Part shown: in pieces, positions 25,064 through 37,919 of the stretch
Numbering within the stretch: the first letter of the stretch is position 1
Layout of the letters: every line of letters starts with the position of its first letter
Assembly (NCBI RefSeq): GCF_026210795.1
Contig: NC_089434.1
Span: 1,612,001 to 1,676,000, forward strand
Origin: Rhizophagus irregularis
Lineage: Eukaryota
Direction: 5' to 3'
DNA length: 64,000 nucleotides
Made by a program: the position numbers and the translations under genes
The notes under the pieces: model-generated
Told to the model about the DNA's origin: nothing
The model's input: the letters and a program-made list of their open reading frames with translations, nothing else
The model's database searches: none

Positions 25064-25968
25064 ATGTCTAATAGCGAAGTAACACCTATATCTAAAGATA
25101 TTAAAAATGCATAAGATATTAAAGGTGATACTTTTAAATTACAGTTCTTTTGAAAATTTATAAAAAACTATAATACTTTACATGGCAAAATATGATGATG
25201 AAAAAACAATGAAATAAGATGAAGAGAGATAGTTTGTTCAAAAAGTAGCCTTACAACAAAAAATAAACTATAGAAAACGAATAAGCCGTAAATAACAAAT
25301 CCACTAGAAATAGATCATCTTAAAGATGTAATTGTACTTTTTTATTCGTGGAATTAAATCGGCTTATGGATTATAGTTAAAATTGATTTGACACATAATC
25401 ATGATCTCATTCCTTTACAATTAAGGAATTTTATACCAGATAATCGAGAAATACCTGATAATATATATTAAAGATACAGTATATACTTGGTCTACATATG
25501 GCTGGAATTTATGCAGCAAAGATTCGTGAATAAATCAACAAAAGAAAAGCTTTTGATGCGCATAATTTTGTTACATTATTAGATAGAAAATAATGAACTT
25601 GCATATGTTAAAGTTAATAATTACACAAATGAATTTGAATCCACAATTTGGATGTTTCCAGAATAAAAACAAGATTTTTTGACATTGTTGATTTTGACAA
25701 TACATATCAAACAAATAGGTTTGATCTTCCATTTGGAACCTTTACAGAAGTTATTATGGTCAAAGCGTTTGCTTCACTGTTGCATTATTAAAAAGTGAAA
25801 CAACAGAAGATTTATATGGTCTTTTCATAATTTTTTGAGTTTAGTTAATTATCAGCATCAAATGTTTACTTACAGATAATGATAGTGTTATGGAATCTGC
25901 GTATAATGTTACATTTAACAATTGTGGAACTAAACACGGCTTATGTCAATGGCATTTAATTAAAAATA
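25064..25968 (+). mobile_element. Decayed Mutator-like (MULE/FAR1-type) transposase
   Basis: Fragments KGDTF, RCNC, WIIVKIDLTHNHDL (FAR1-type DNA-binding domain), FDNTYQTNRFDLPFGTF, GQSVCFTVALLKSETTED, LLTDNDSVMESA and TKHGLCQWHLIKN, interrupted by stops and frameshifts. Confidence 0.9.
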
Positions 25969-26291
25969 AATCAATAAAGTTTGATTTTTAAATTTTTATT
26001 TTTTATTTTCTTTGCTTTATTGTCTGAAGCGTAGCGAAGGACTCTATAGCAGAGGCATGCAAACGGAACCGGAACCCAGAAACCCGGACCCAGCCTGGAC
26101 CAGATCCGGGTTTGGGCCGGCAAACTTTCTTTCAAAATTCACCAGGGCTAGACATGATTTTTTTAAACTAGGATTCTCGTAATTCTGGCCAAAATCGTCT
26201 TAATTCTGGCAAAATTAAGTTAGACGTACGAATTTCGTCAAATTGATATAATAAAGCCCGGAAACTTAATATATTAAGTTCGGGATGGGTT

Positions 26292-26397
26292 GAGTCTACA
26301 ATGAGTCTACAGCGGGACAATGTCAAGTCTACAATGAGTCTACAACCAGATAATGTCGAGTCTACAATAAGTCTACAACCAGTCAAGGTTGAGTCTA
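26292..26397. repeat. 33-bp tandem repeat, about 3.2 copies
   Basis: (G/A)AGTCTACAAT(G/A)AGTCTACA... starts at 26292, 26325 and 26358, with a partial copy at 26391. Confidence 0.9.
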
Positions 26398-26497
26398 AGA
26401 TTAAACTAGACTAATCATAAATAGATCACAAATCATCTTAGACAGGTTTTCAGAAAGTATATTTTTTTCGGATATTTAGATTACTCCTTGCATCCTC

Positions 26498-27309
26498 TCA
26501 TTTTCTAGCCCAATATTCAGCTTCATGAAAAGAATTAAATGTATTCGGCTCTATTGTCCCATCCCTTCCAGCGCTAGGATTGAAAGATTTCACTTGATCA
26601 TTTAGGGCTATAATTTTTAGATCTTTTGTAAAGATAATATCCTCCAAGTCTTTACACACAGACTCGGCGGTCTTCTTTATATCCCGTTTTTCATTCTTAA
26701 GCTGGAAAATAGTAAAAGATAACTTGCCGATCTCCTTATCTTTTCTAACTATATATTTATCCAAAGTAGAGATACGTGATTTATATTGCTTCTCTAACTC
26801 AGCTGAGCGTGAATTATGCTGGGATTCCAATTGATGTTTAAATGAATATGTCTTCTGTTTCATATCTACCATACAATTATTATATTCACTCTCTTTGCAA
26901 GCCATAAGAGCATCATATTCATCTTTTAGACGTTTGCATTCCTCAGCAACCTGAGCCTCAATAGTTTTTTTAATATTGTTTTCCTTCTATCTTAGTAAAG
27001 GTCCTTAGTAAAGTCTCATGCTCCTCCAACTGTTTTTCCAATCCATCCAATCCGGAAAAAGTAATAGTACCATCAGTGGAGATATTTGCTTCGATCTTAA
27101 TCTTCTGGTGATTTTTAATCTTATAGTTACCTATTAACATTACTAGTGAGCAACTCCTCTATATTTGGACGAATTCCTCTAGCCTGTTCCTCAGATAGTG
27201 GGTTATTTTTGCGGGTTGTAGGATGTAACCATGCATCTTTTTTCATGGATGGGGGTAATTGGTCAAGCAAACTCTTATAGTGCTCATTGAAATGTGATTG
27301 GCTGAACAT
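26498..27309 (-). pseudogene. Intronless coiled-coil protein gene broken into two ORFs
   Basis: ORFs 27309-27127 and 26905-26498 are linked by coding-like sequence (KIKIEANISTDG..., KKTIEAQVAEECKRLKDEYDAL). A short CTTAGTAAAG duplication lies at about 26991-27013. Confidence 0.65.
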
Positions 27310-27520
27310 ATGACTGATTATAATTTAGTTCCTTTGGCAAAGTAATATAATCTTAAAAAAAAAAAATCAAAAGTTCAGAAATTTCAGAAATTTCATATTT
27401 TTCCAAAAGTATGGGTATTTCATTTGTTTCCAACAATAATTTCCGCCTAGAGATTGGCTAAAAATTTGTCAGAGTCTAGTTTTCAGAAAAAATACTAAGA
27501 ATATTCGTGAAAAAATCCTC

Positions 27521-28303
27521 CTAAACAATCATGGTTTTTGTCCCATCTTTCAATCTTAATGCGGGCTGATTAAGATAGTTTATAGATGGTAGTAAGTTAT
27601 TTTGTTTTGCATATAGAGACAAGATAAATATTTCGCTTGTATTACTTTTGCAATTCGATGATTGATAAGAAGTTGGTGAAATCATTTCTTGCCTGGTTGT
27701 TAAAATACAAGCTGGCTCAAAATTTGGAGCACTGGGCATAGTATTTTTTGCTATAGTTGCAGTTTCAGCCTTGAAGCAAGAGTAATTCCAATGATCCTTC
27801 ATCAGATTTTCAGACTCAACTTCATAGGCCCATCTCCCCCATCCACTATAATATTCCTTTCTAGGCTCTACTTCGGTAATCTTTACCAATTTCCAGCATT
27901 TGAAGCAGATAGCCATTTGACTTTTATGGACACTAGGTTTACAATAGCCAAAGGGATTTCCATATAACTCACCATTAACATAGTATGTTGTGGATTTTAC
28001 TTACCCGAATGAAGCAAAAAGGCAGTATACATGGTATAAACTATATTTTCACTTAGAAAATAGTTCTTGCAAAGGAGCCCTTATATGAACAGCCCATTGC
28101 TGGGGTGTTTCATGAGGTCTAATAACGGATAAATGATCATATTGTTTTTCTATTTCAACCACTTTTTCATACTGATAGTTATCAGTTTGAAGTCGATAGT
28201 TAAAACCATGTTCCATATCATATCCAGGACGGAGATTGATAGGTTTAGGAACAGATGTATTATAAATATTATCTAATATGATTTTAACTGTTTTACCGGG
28301 CAT
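27521..28303 (-). pseudogene. Intronless gene of unknown function, broken into two ORFs
   Basis: MPGKTVKI... (28303) and MAICFKCWK... (27916) are bridged by NPTYYVNGELYGNPFGYCKPSVHKSQ, which is in frame with the second ORF. Confidence 0.55.
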
Positions 28304-28379
28304 AATTATTAATAAATTAGCGATTTAGTGAATTACAGTGAATTGTAGCAAATTATAACAATTTATTGATTTATAGTGT

Positions 28380-28856
28380 TTTTTAGCGATTCTTTATTAA
28401 CTTTATATTAGTGTTTCAAATTTGTTACTACATTTCCCGATCACTAACTAATTATTTTCCTTAATTCGTTTCTCATGATCCCTAGTTAGATTTTGTCATA
28501 AATCGGCCAAAGGTCTTTATTATATTTAAGCAGTTGCTTTTGCAGAACAATAAGTTCATATTTAGCCCGATTAATTTCCACCTATGATCACATGATTTGT
28601 TTTCTGTTTGGGATCCATTATCGGGTGTCAGGCATTCCGGCCAACTTTGAGGATGTGATTTTTTCCGATCCATAGTTTTGCGACTCCGGTCTAATGATTT
28701 CTGGTAAATCTCTAATGTATGGTGCAAATAATCCTCTATCCGCATATTTTTCTCAGAAATCTGGTTTTGAGGAATAGGTTTGTGAGTGTGATTTAGGAGC
28801 TGTTGATAAGCCCTTTCTAATTGAGAGTTTACCCGCCGTAATGCGATTATAATCAT
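28380..28856 (-). pseudogene. Intronless gene of unknown function, probably frameshifted
   Basis: 124-aa ORF. An alternative frame near its end reads VEINRAKYELIVLQKQLLKYNKDLWPIYDK, which looks more coding-like. Confidence 0.45.
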
Positions 28857-29546
28857 GATACTCAGTTATTTTGCGCACCCAGCTTCTCACAAGTTCGAAA
28901 CCAGAAAAAAAATATACTTATTATGCTAGAATTGAGAATGATATAGAAATTAGATATTTGATAAAATGCTTATTGCGTCAGTTAACAACATATTAGTCTT
29001 TTTAATTTGCTCTAAGAAATCAATACCTTCTGTTTGGGTCGCCATTTAGTAACGAATTTACTACATTTAATCTGATAATGTTCAAGTGTTTGTGCAAGTA
29101 AAATCCCCAGAATGCTAAAAATAATGATTATGAAGTAGCATAAATACAATACATTTCCCGCATATAACAGTTACCAAAGGTAATGGTAACAACATATACA
29201 CAGTTGTCTGATGTGGGCGAACTTTATTGATATACATTTTCGGTGCTATTTTTTCACTACAGTATAATAGATATTGCTGGTCACAAGTGTGGTAATCTTG
29301 GTGCAGTAAACAAATGGCATTCGACACAGTAAATCTCATAAATTTTTATTACAAAAAAGGAAAACTCAAAATATATATATTATGCATTATAAATCTCATT
29401 TCAGAAAAATAAAAATGTGCAATTAATAATATAACTAGATGAAGCGAAACTTATACAAAATAAGCCTTACTACTACACATAAGAAAATATAATTTTTTTT
29501 TAACTACATTTGAGACGCATGATAATCTATTGATTAACGCATTGGT

Positions 29547-30462
29547 TTAGGTACGTCGCTTAAGCGCATGCTCTTTTCGAAAATGCTTCATAAATATGTG
29601 ATTATCAGTAAAAGTTTCCGCACATTTAGGACAGGCAGATCTAGTATCATCATCCGATGATGATGAACCTGAATATTGCTGTAATCATTTCATGAAATAA
29701 ATAAATAACTAAAAATGAACTCCAATAATAAATATAACATACTTTTGAGATAGCCTTTTCAATCATCTCTACATCCAAGATGAATCCTGGAAGAATCTGC
29801 TGACCATTAACAGTGGTATTCATATCTCTCCATCCATGTTCATAATGATGAACAGTATCACTATTTTCGTACCTTCTCCACGAATGGATATTTCCCACCA
29901 GTTGGTTGTTTTCATCTTGGCCGATGCTAACTAGAAATCCTAACTCTACAGCTGTTCCCTGTGCAAAAATTTTATTTCTGAATCTATCGTCAAATACTTG
30001 AAATTGTGCTTCAGTTTCAATAAAATCAACCTCAACAATGAATATTGGAGTGAAGGGTTGGCCTTGAAAGGTCCAATTTTGTAAGCTGTTCAAATTACGG
30101 TCTGTTTGTTTTGGAGTGAAAGAAACATCTGGTGCTAGAATGGTTCTCTGTCCCCCAACATTAAAATTAAAGCCACCTTGCGAAAAGGTAACGCCTCCAT
30201 TTTGGCGAGTTTCGATGTTCCAGTTAGCTAACTGTCTCCCAATTTCTAAGACAACCTTTCCTCTTGCGTATGGAGTCTGTGGCATTGGGATTAACTTTCC
30301 ATTTTCGTATTCGAAGAGGTTAACTGGTTTTCCATTAAGTTGTATAGTGCGAGTCTTAAGTTGGTCGTTTATGTACTCGAACTCTTCAAATGTATAAACC
30401 TTCTTAAGGTCTATAATTTCGAGATCTATTTTCTCACAGTAAACTTTTGATATGTTCGCCAT
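29547..30462 (-). CDS. Uma2-family (PD-(D/E)xK fold) endonuclease with a C-terminal C2H2 zinc finger, two exons
   Basis: Exon 1 30462-29743 has FEYENGKLIPMP, SQGGF, LAPDVSF and PIFIVEV (Uma2 pattern). After a 64-nt GTATGT..AG intron, exon 2 29678-29547 encodes CPKCAETFTDNHIFMKHFRKEH then stop. Confidence 0.85.
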
Positions 30463-31682
30463 GGTTGTATGGTTGTAGGAATAGAGTACGAAAATTTTTT
30501 TAATACTAAAAAATTCGTTTTTATGACTTTACGTTACACAAGTGAATAAGCCAATGACTTGCTCCTGTTGAAGATGTAAGTAATCAATCCCCTTACTAAT
30601 ATAGTATCCGATGTATGACGTAATAGCGATCCAAAGAAGAACACCAGCAATGGGAAAAAACTAAAAATGACAAAAGAAAGGCTTTAGATAAGTAATAATC
30701 TCAAATAGTAAATTCTGATATCTTAATAATCACACAGAACACAAGTACAGCAAAAATTATGAGAAGGATAGATAGGATATTGATTAAACTTTTCTTATAA
30801 ATGAAAAAAGAAGACATTGATTAAAAGAAGTGTAGGAAACTTAGGAAACTTTTTTTGAATACTCGTTATTATATATCTTTATTTGATTCTGACATGACAT
30901 TATTGATTAATGCTATATTTCAACGATGCAATACTGCGGTAGAATTTTTTACATACGCCCACGTGATTGTTAGGAAAATTCAAGTTTCCTAAACGGAACA
31001 CGAGTACGGGAACATCTAGCTATAGATTTATAGCAGTTTTAAAGACTTTAGTGATTCTTTATCAACTTATACTAATGAATATCATTCAAGAGAGCATCAT
31101 ACTCTTCGAATTTCTGAGCAGATCGTTAAAGATAAAACCAGCCACATTCGTTACTACTTCTTGATCATACCCGAAATTCTCTGTTAGGATGTCCTTATTG
31201 AGATCATTTAGATTTTGCTATAAATGTTTTGAACAGTCAGAATAAAACAATTTTTATAAAGTGCATAAAATTTATTAATAAACATCTTACTTTCTCATTT
31301 TATCTGTTATTATTCATTTATAATTCCTTTTTTTATATAATTCTTTTTAACTTTGGTATTATTTGAGTTACGATTTTCTCTCTCCTAGCGTAATTTTATG
31401 TTAATAAATTTCAAGTTCGTTAGTAATTATAATATCAATTTCTAATTATCAACCAGTATGAAGAAAAACAACTACTATATAAATATACGGTTCCTAATAA
31501 CAATTCATGATTTTTTTTTCTTGATATTTTCACGGATGATCATTAAAATTAGTAATAAAAATTAAAAATTCCATAAAATCTATCATTATTAGTTAAAAAA
31601 GTATAATAAAAAGTTTTATGATTCTCATGACGCAGTAACTATTTGATACTAAAATTAGTTTAAAAAAGACCAATTCGAAATA

Positions 31683-31904
31683 TAGTGGACACTTGATAAT
31701 TTTTATTGTCGGGATTGTCGGGTACTTGGGTTACTGGGTTATTAGAAAATATAAATAACACGGTATACCTTAATTAAATTTTAATATAACATAATTTATA
31801 AATATATATATGTCACGTGTTATATATCTTTTCTAATAACCCGACTAGCCGAGTAACCCGAGTACCAGACAATCCCGACAATAAAAATTTTCAAGTGTTC
31901 ATTA
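31683..31904. mobile_element. Foldback MITE with about 80-bp inverted arms
   Basis: GGACACTTGATAATTTTTATTGTCGGGATTGTCGGGTACTTGGGTTACT... pairs with ...AGTAACCCGAGTACCAGACAATCCCGACAATAAAAATTTTCAAGTGTTC. Confidence 0.85.
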
Positions 31905-33300
31905 ATTATATTTCGAATTTTGCTGTAATAATTAGAGATTTTTTATACCTCCGTTCCGGTCCATTTATTTTACAAAGAAATTTACTGTTTTCAAAAATTT
32001 ATTAATATATCCACATGATACAGTATATCAAACTCAATGAAGATATTAAAAGTAATGATCATCAAATTTTTAATGTTGCGATTTAACGATATTCATTAAT
32101 TTAAAATTATGATCGTTTTAATAAGGATAAATCGACAAAACTTCAACAAAACTTCAACAAAATTTCAACCAAATTGATTTTAAAATGATATATTAAATTT
32201 TGTTTTATTTTGTTTTATTTTTTTTTATTTCTTTGTTTTATTTATTGATCATCAAAGTTTCAATTTGAGAAAAAACAAAAAGAAAATATCGTTTAAAGTT
32301 TAACCATTCGAAGACCAAGTGAAAAAATAATATGTTATTATCTTTGTAATTTAAAAAAAGAATTTTAATTTATTAAATTAAAACATATAGTTTATCTCTT
32401 GGGTCAATTAATTAAAACATTGGACAACGAAAATGAAAAATAAAGAAATTTTGATCGACTAACAAAGACTAACAAAGAAAACCATTGATTTAACCTAAAA
32501 GTTTCATTTATTAATAATTTAATAATAATTCACCCAATTAATCCACCCAATTAATCATGAGCTGATATAAATAATATTTTGTGCTACTATAATACTATTA
32601 AAATAAGTTCCAACTTCCAACCACGTTTACATGAACACGAGACGATCATATAATACAATCGTGCCATTTATAAAATTAATATTTTAATTAATATCCTTAT
32701 CGGTAATTCAATAAAACTTATCTTATAAATTAAATCATTGAAAGAAGTTTAAATGGCATGTTTTTATTCATCATAAAATTAGGGGAAAATGTGTAAAATT
32801 TATTTATTTGATAAATACGATATCAAATATTACTTGTACTTTTATTTTGACCAATATAAATTTGTTGCACATTGTACACATACACGGAAATTGCTTAATC
32901 CTGATATAGTTATGAATTTTCCTACAAACTAATACTTGGCTAATTTATGCTGGATGTAAAGTTAGTTTATGCATAATGCAATGCTGGTGAATGCAATCTG
33001 CCGGTAAAGACGGGAAAATCCGATTGGTTAAAACGTCGTCACGTCTGGACACCGCAGTTACCGCACACAGTATTACAACTTTGAATTTTAACGCATCATC
33101 GGGATCCTGGTTCCATACGTATTTTTATATTTACATAATTATATGATTATTAAAATGATTTATTAATTTACTAAAAAATCTCAGTAAATTTATATAATCT
33201 CTATATAAGATAATTAATTTTTAAATTTTAATATGATATGTTTTTTTATATATAAATATACAAAGACTAAATTATATTATTATCACATTACATAATCCTC

Positions 33301-36300
33301 TTAATATAATTTATCATCACTATCATACTCGCTACTAGTTTCACTTTCCTCATTGTTATTGTGATTAAACCCTAAACTTCTTGGTGATTTTACTCCTATA
33401 TTATTATAATTATTTTCTCCTGGAACAAAACTTAATAAAGGTTTAACGTTCGTATTCCGTAATGCTATTGTATGTGCTGCATCAGGTTTTAAATCAATTT
33501 CAAGTAATGTTTTTCCATTTGGTGATAATATACTTTGAACTGGTGCACTCTTTGATAATGGTGCATCTATTTTTAATAATGTTCCCGAAGGATTTTTATG
33601 TGATCTTTGAGTCTTACTCTTAGTTAGTAAAGATCCTTTATTAAATTGTACCCCGTTTTCAATTTGCACCAATCGACCTGTAGGTGAATTATTGGAATTA
33701 TTATTATTTTCATTTGTTGTATCATTATTCTTATCTAATAAAGATCCTTGGCTGAATTTTACAGAAGTATTTAAATTAACAAACGTTAAACTATTCTGAT
33801 CTCTGATGATTCCGACCCCTCCTATAGCTTTACGAAGTTTTTCTCTTTCTTTAGCTTGTTCAAATAATGCATCGTTTGAAGCTAATAGTGATCCTTTCAC
33901 AAATGCTTTACTTTCAGGTTCAACTTGTTTGGGAGATGGAATTTTTTCGTTATAATCTAATAGTGAACCTTCTTTAAATTTTTGATCCCCACTCGATGCT
34001 GATGTATTATTCAATGAATCTTTTATCCCATTGTCTGATTCTTTCTTTTTAAGTCCTGGGTTAGTAATAAGTCTTAGGGAATTATTTTCTATTTTACCGT
34101 ATAATGTTGAATTACGAACATGTTTACGTAGGTTTTCCCATTGGTTAATAGACCTACGTCTTTCCGATACTTTATTATTAGATTCATTTAACTCCGTAGA
34201 ATTCTCGCCAGATTTCTATTCCGTCAAATAATATAAATGTTAAATTAAAATTTCTGATTTTTACTAAGTTATAAAATATATATATAAAAAAAAATATATT
34301 CTGCAAACCTCTGAATAAAGCTTATCATCACTTTTGATGGTCTTTTCAAACCTTTCCGGATATTTAGCTCGTAGCAAGTTATTCTATTAAACGTGGATAA
34401 AACTTTAACATTATAAATTTTATAATATATATAAATTTTATTTTATGAAAATTACCTTAGCAGCTCGAAGACTCAACACCCAGTCTTTCATTTTATCCAA
34501 GTGATCTGCACACAAATAACGTATGTAATCATCTGGATTTTCAAACATTGCAACTTTGTCTTGAGATTTCAATGCAAAAATAAACTTGGTTGGAGATTTT
34601 CTCACGGTTTTTGTAAAAGTATACACATCAAAGCTTGCAAGCGAACAAAGGAGAGTTTCATTATTCCCCTAGTTATAAATAATGTTAATTTTTTTTTTCA
34701 AATAAAGTAATAATTCACAATTTTATTTTTACCTTTGCATCCTTGCAATGATATACAGTTCCATCTCTGATAAAAAAGTGTCTTTTCTGCCATTTATTTT
34801 TCTTCACCTCTAAATGTAGAGATCCAAACATGGGAGGTACAGCATTTTTGAATCCCTAAATAATGAAATTGAATTTAATAATTCTAGCGAATAAATTATT
34901 TAACATAAATAAATACATACTCCTAATGTCAGACAATTCCTGTTTATGTATTTTTTTAAAACAAGTGCATTTTGTTTATTTGGTTCCCAATTTCCGATGA
35001 CTGTAGCAACATATTCCCAATCTCTTATCGGACGTTCTAAATAACAAATTTACAATTAATTAAATTTTATAACAAAATCTTGATATCCTAAAAAGAGAAA
35101 TATTTATTATATACCTAAACCATATTCATTAATTACTTCAAATAAAGTCCAAGATTCAGAATCAGAAATTGTTTCATTATCACGGAAATAGTTTAAAATG
35201 TCTAATGCAGTTCTAGTTGCTGTTATTGACAATGTTCTATATTGACGTAAGTTTTCGATAAAGATCTGTGTTGTAAGCTAAAATTTATACATATATAAGA
35301 TTAGTTTAAATTGAGAATAACAATTAACAAGAATGGTGCAGTAAGGACATCACTCACTTTAACTTCAGTGATTTTCGCTTCCTCTTTTTCAACATGTACT
35401 TCCGCCTACAATAAAATAAACAAATTTAAATACGCTTAATAAAATTGGTACATAACGATTAAAGCCAGGTGATACGCAAAATTTTCGTATAGTTAGGATT
35501 GTACCTTTTCACGACGATAACGAGTTCGAGATTTAGCTCGTTCTCTGTTCTCATTTTCTTGAGTCTTAGATTTAACAACTTCACGTTCTTTTGGTGTTCT
35601 TCCACGCTCTTCTAGTGGTTTAGATTTAACTCTCTCGCGTTCCTCTTGAACTTTTGATTTGGTTCTTCCACGTTCTTCCTCCTCTCGAACTTTTGATTTG
35701 GCTCTTCCACGTTCTTCTTCCTCTCGAACTCTGGATTTGGCTCTTCCACGTTCTTCCTCCTCTCGAACTCTTGATTTGGCTCTTCCACGTTCTTCCTCCT
35801 CTCGAACTCTTGATTTGGCTCTTCCACGTTCTTCCTCTCCTCGAACTTTTGATTTGGCTCTTCCACGTTCTTCCTCCTCTCGAACTCTTGATTTAGCTCT
35901 TCCACGTTCTTCCTCTCCTCGAACTTTTGATTTAGCTCTTCCGCGTTCTTCCTCTCCTCGAACTTTTGATTTGGCTCTTCCACGTTCTTCCTCCTCATGA
36001 ACTCTTGATTTAGCTCTTTCACGTTCTTCCTCCTCTCGGACTCTTGATTTAGCTCTTCCGCGTTCTTCCTCTCCTCGGACTTTTGATTTAGCTCTTCCGC
36101 GTTCTTCCTCTCCTCGGACTTTTGATTTAGCTCTTCCGCGTTCTTCCTCTCCTCGGACTTTTGATCTTGCTTGATCGTGATCATTATCTAGTTCAATGTT
36201 TTTACTAGATTCTCTTCCTCGCTCTTCTAAATTTTCACGGTTCACATTTTCTTTTTCTGATGATTTTTCAACTTTATTCTTAGATCTTATCTGTTCTTTA

Positions 36301-37919
36301 TCTTCAGGTTCTCTTATCCTTGATATCGCTCTTGTACTAGTTACATTAATCTGTGAATCCACATCATGATCCTGAGAGTGTATTCGACGTCCTCCTTCTC
36401 CGTTTTCTCCTCTGTATTTATTACCAAGAACTTCTCTATCATCAGATTCTTTTTCGATTGACTCCGAACGATCATGAACATGCTCAGTTTCTTTTAATTT
36501 ACTAGAATTAATTGAGAAAATCTTGTTATCATTAGAATTTCTTTCCTGAGATCTTGGCCCTTCAGTATGTTCTTTCGAATTTGGTGGTTTAGAAGTTTCA
36601 ATATGATCATCTGATGACTTCTCTTTAGATCCTGAACTTCGATGAGTTTGATCAATAGAATTTCTGTTTCTTTGCGTCCTTACAGGTGAATTTGTAGAAT
36701 TTAATGAATTATCTTCACCTTGTTTATCTAAATTAGTATCTTGAGCTTTTGAATTAGATCTAGATCTTAATGGACGGTTTTCATCATCAGTCTCATATAA
36801 AGTAGATGAAGAGGTTTCACTACCATATTTTGATTCTTGAGTTCTTAAATTTAAACGAAGTATAACTGATTGTTTATCAAAATTAATATCTTGAGCTTTT
36901 GAATTAGATCTAGAACTTAGTGGACGATTTTCATCATCTGTATCATATGATTTTATAAAGGTTTCATTGACCGATTTAATTTGTGATTTGCCTAAACCAC
37001 GACCGGTTGTCGGAGTCCTTTTAATTTTCTTTTTACCAGTTGATAAATCAAGGGATGATGTTGGGGACAAAGTTGGGGAACTATTTTCATTTGAGATGGT
37101 GGTTTTTTGATCATCAACAGCAGAATTTTTAATATCTGATAAATTATTTAATGATTTACTTCTTAATGTACCCATCAATGAACTATAATCACTATCATTA
37201 TCACTTCCTGAAGTATCATCTGATGATGACTCGCTAACGTCATTGTCACTATCACTACTTAAAATTGAGGAAGGATCCATCATAGTCCTAGGAGAAAGCA
37301 TAGAAGAATGTATAGGCATCACAACATCATTAACATTAGCATCTGATAAAGACCTAATACGTTGATAGTTTGAAATACCAAGTGTTTGTGAATCACGCGG
37401 ATGTAAAAGATTATTATCTCGTGGTTTTGATTTCACATTACGAGAATCAACAGATTTCGATTTTTGATGAAGCGAAGTGCTATCTAAATTACGCATTTCT
37501 TTGTGAGAAGCAGATCTTTGATGAGTGTTAAAAGAAATTGTAGGTGGTATTGATAGTACTGGATCGCTAATTATGGGATTGGACGAATCTTCTTTTTTTA
37601 AGCTTCTCTCTATTTCAGATTTTAAATTATACAAGCTATATAAATTTGCATCTAACTCTAAGGGACTATCATTTTCAGAAATAGTATCCGGATTTACATC
37701 ATTCGAGTGTAAAAGATCATCTGAATCCTCTCGAGCAAGATCCTATTTTATAAAAAAACAAAAAAAAAACGTTCAGAATATTTGGTATAATTATTATTTT
37801 CATTTTTATAACCGAAATTCTAGAAAAAAAAAAATTCCAGTAAATAACTAACTTACCGCGGTTAATTTATCAACCTCTTGCTGTAAAAGGTCAAACATTA
37901 ATTCAAGTTGGCCACTCAT
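33301..37919 (-). CDS. Large adaptor protein with long disordered N-terminus and tandem RA-PH domains (Grb7/MRL-like module), about 9 exons
   Basis: Exon 1 37919-37857 and exon 2 37742-35505, then exons encoding WTLFEVINEYGL|ERPIRDWEYVATVIGNW (RA) and GSLHLEVKKNKWQKRHFFIRDG...YLCADHLDKMKDWVLSLRAAK (PH). The last exon has repeated F-x-(K/Q)GSLL motifs and a stop at 33301. Confidence 0.88.
35640..36165 (-). repeat. Coding 39-bp tandem repeat, 13 copies of (R/H)(G/E)EEERGRAKS(K/R)V
   Basis: Counted in the 713-aa ORF translation. Confidence 0.95.

Noticed and set aside
26168..26386. 72-aa ORF with CRLIVDSTLS repeats
   Set aside because: Translation of the 33-bp tandem repeat; no other coding evidence.
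33000..33120. GC-richer island as a snoRNA or tRNA
   Set aside because: No convincing C/D box pair or cloverleaf.
35612..36184. Alternative-frame and antisense ORFs over the 39-bp repeat
   Set aside because: Shadows of the RA-PH gene's coding repeat.
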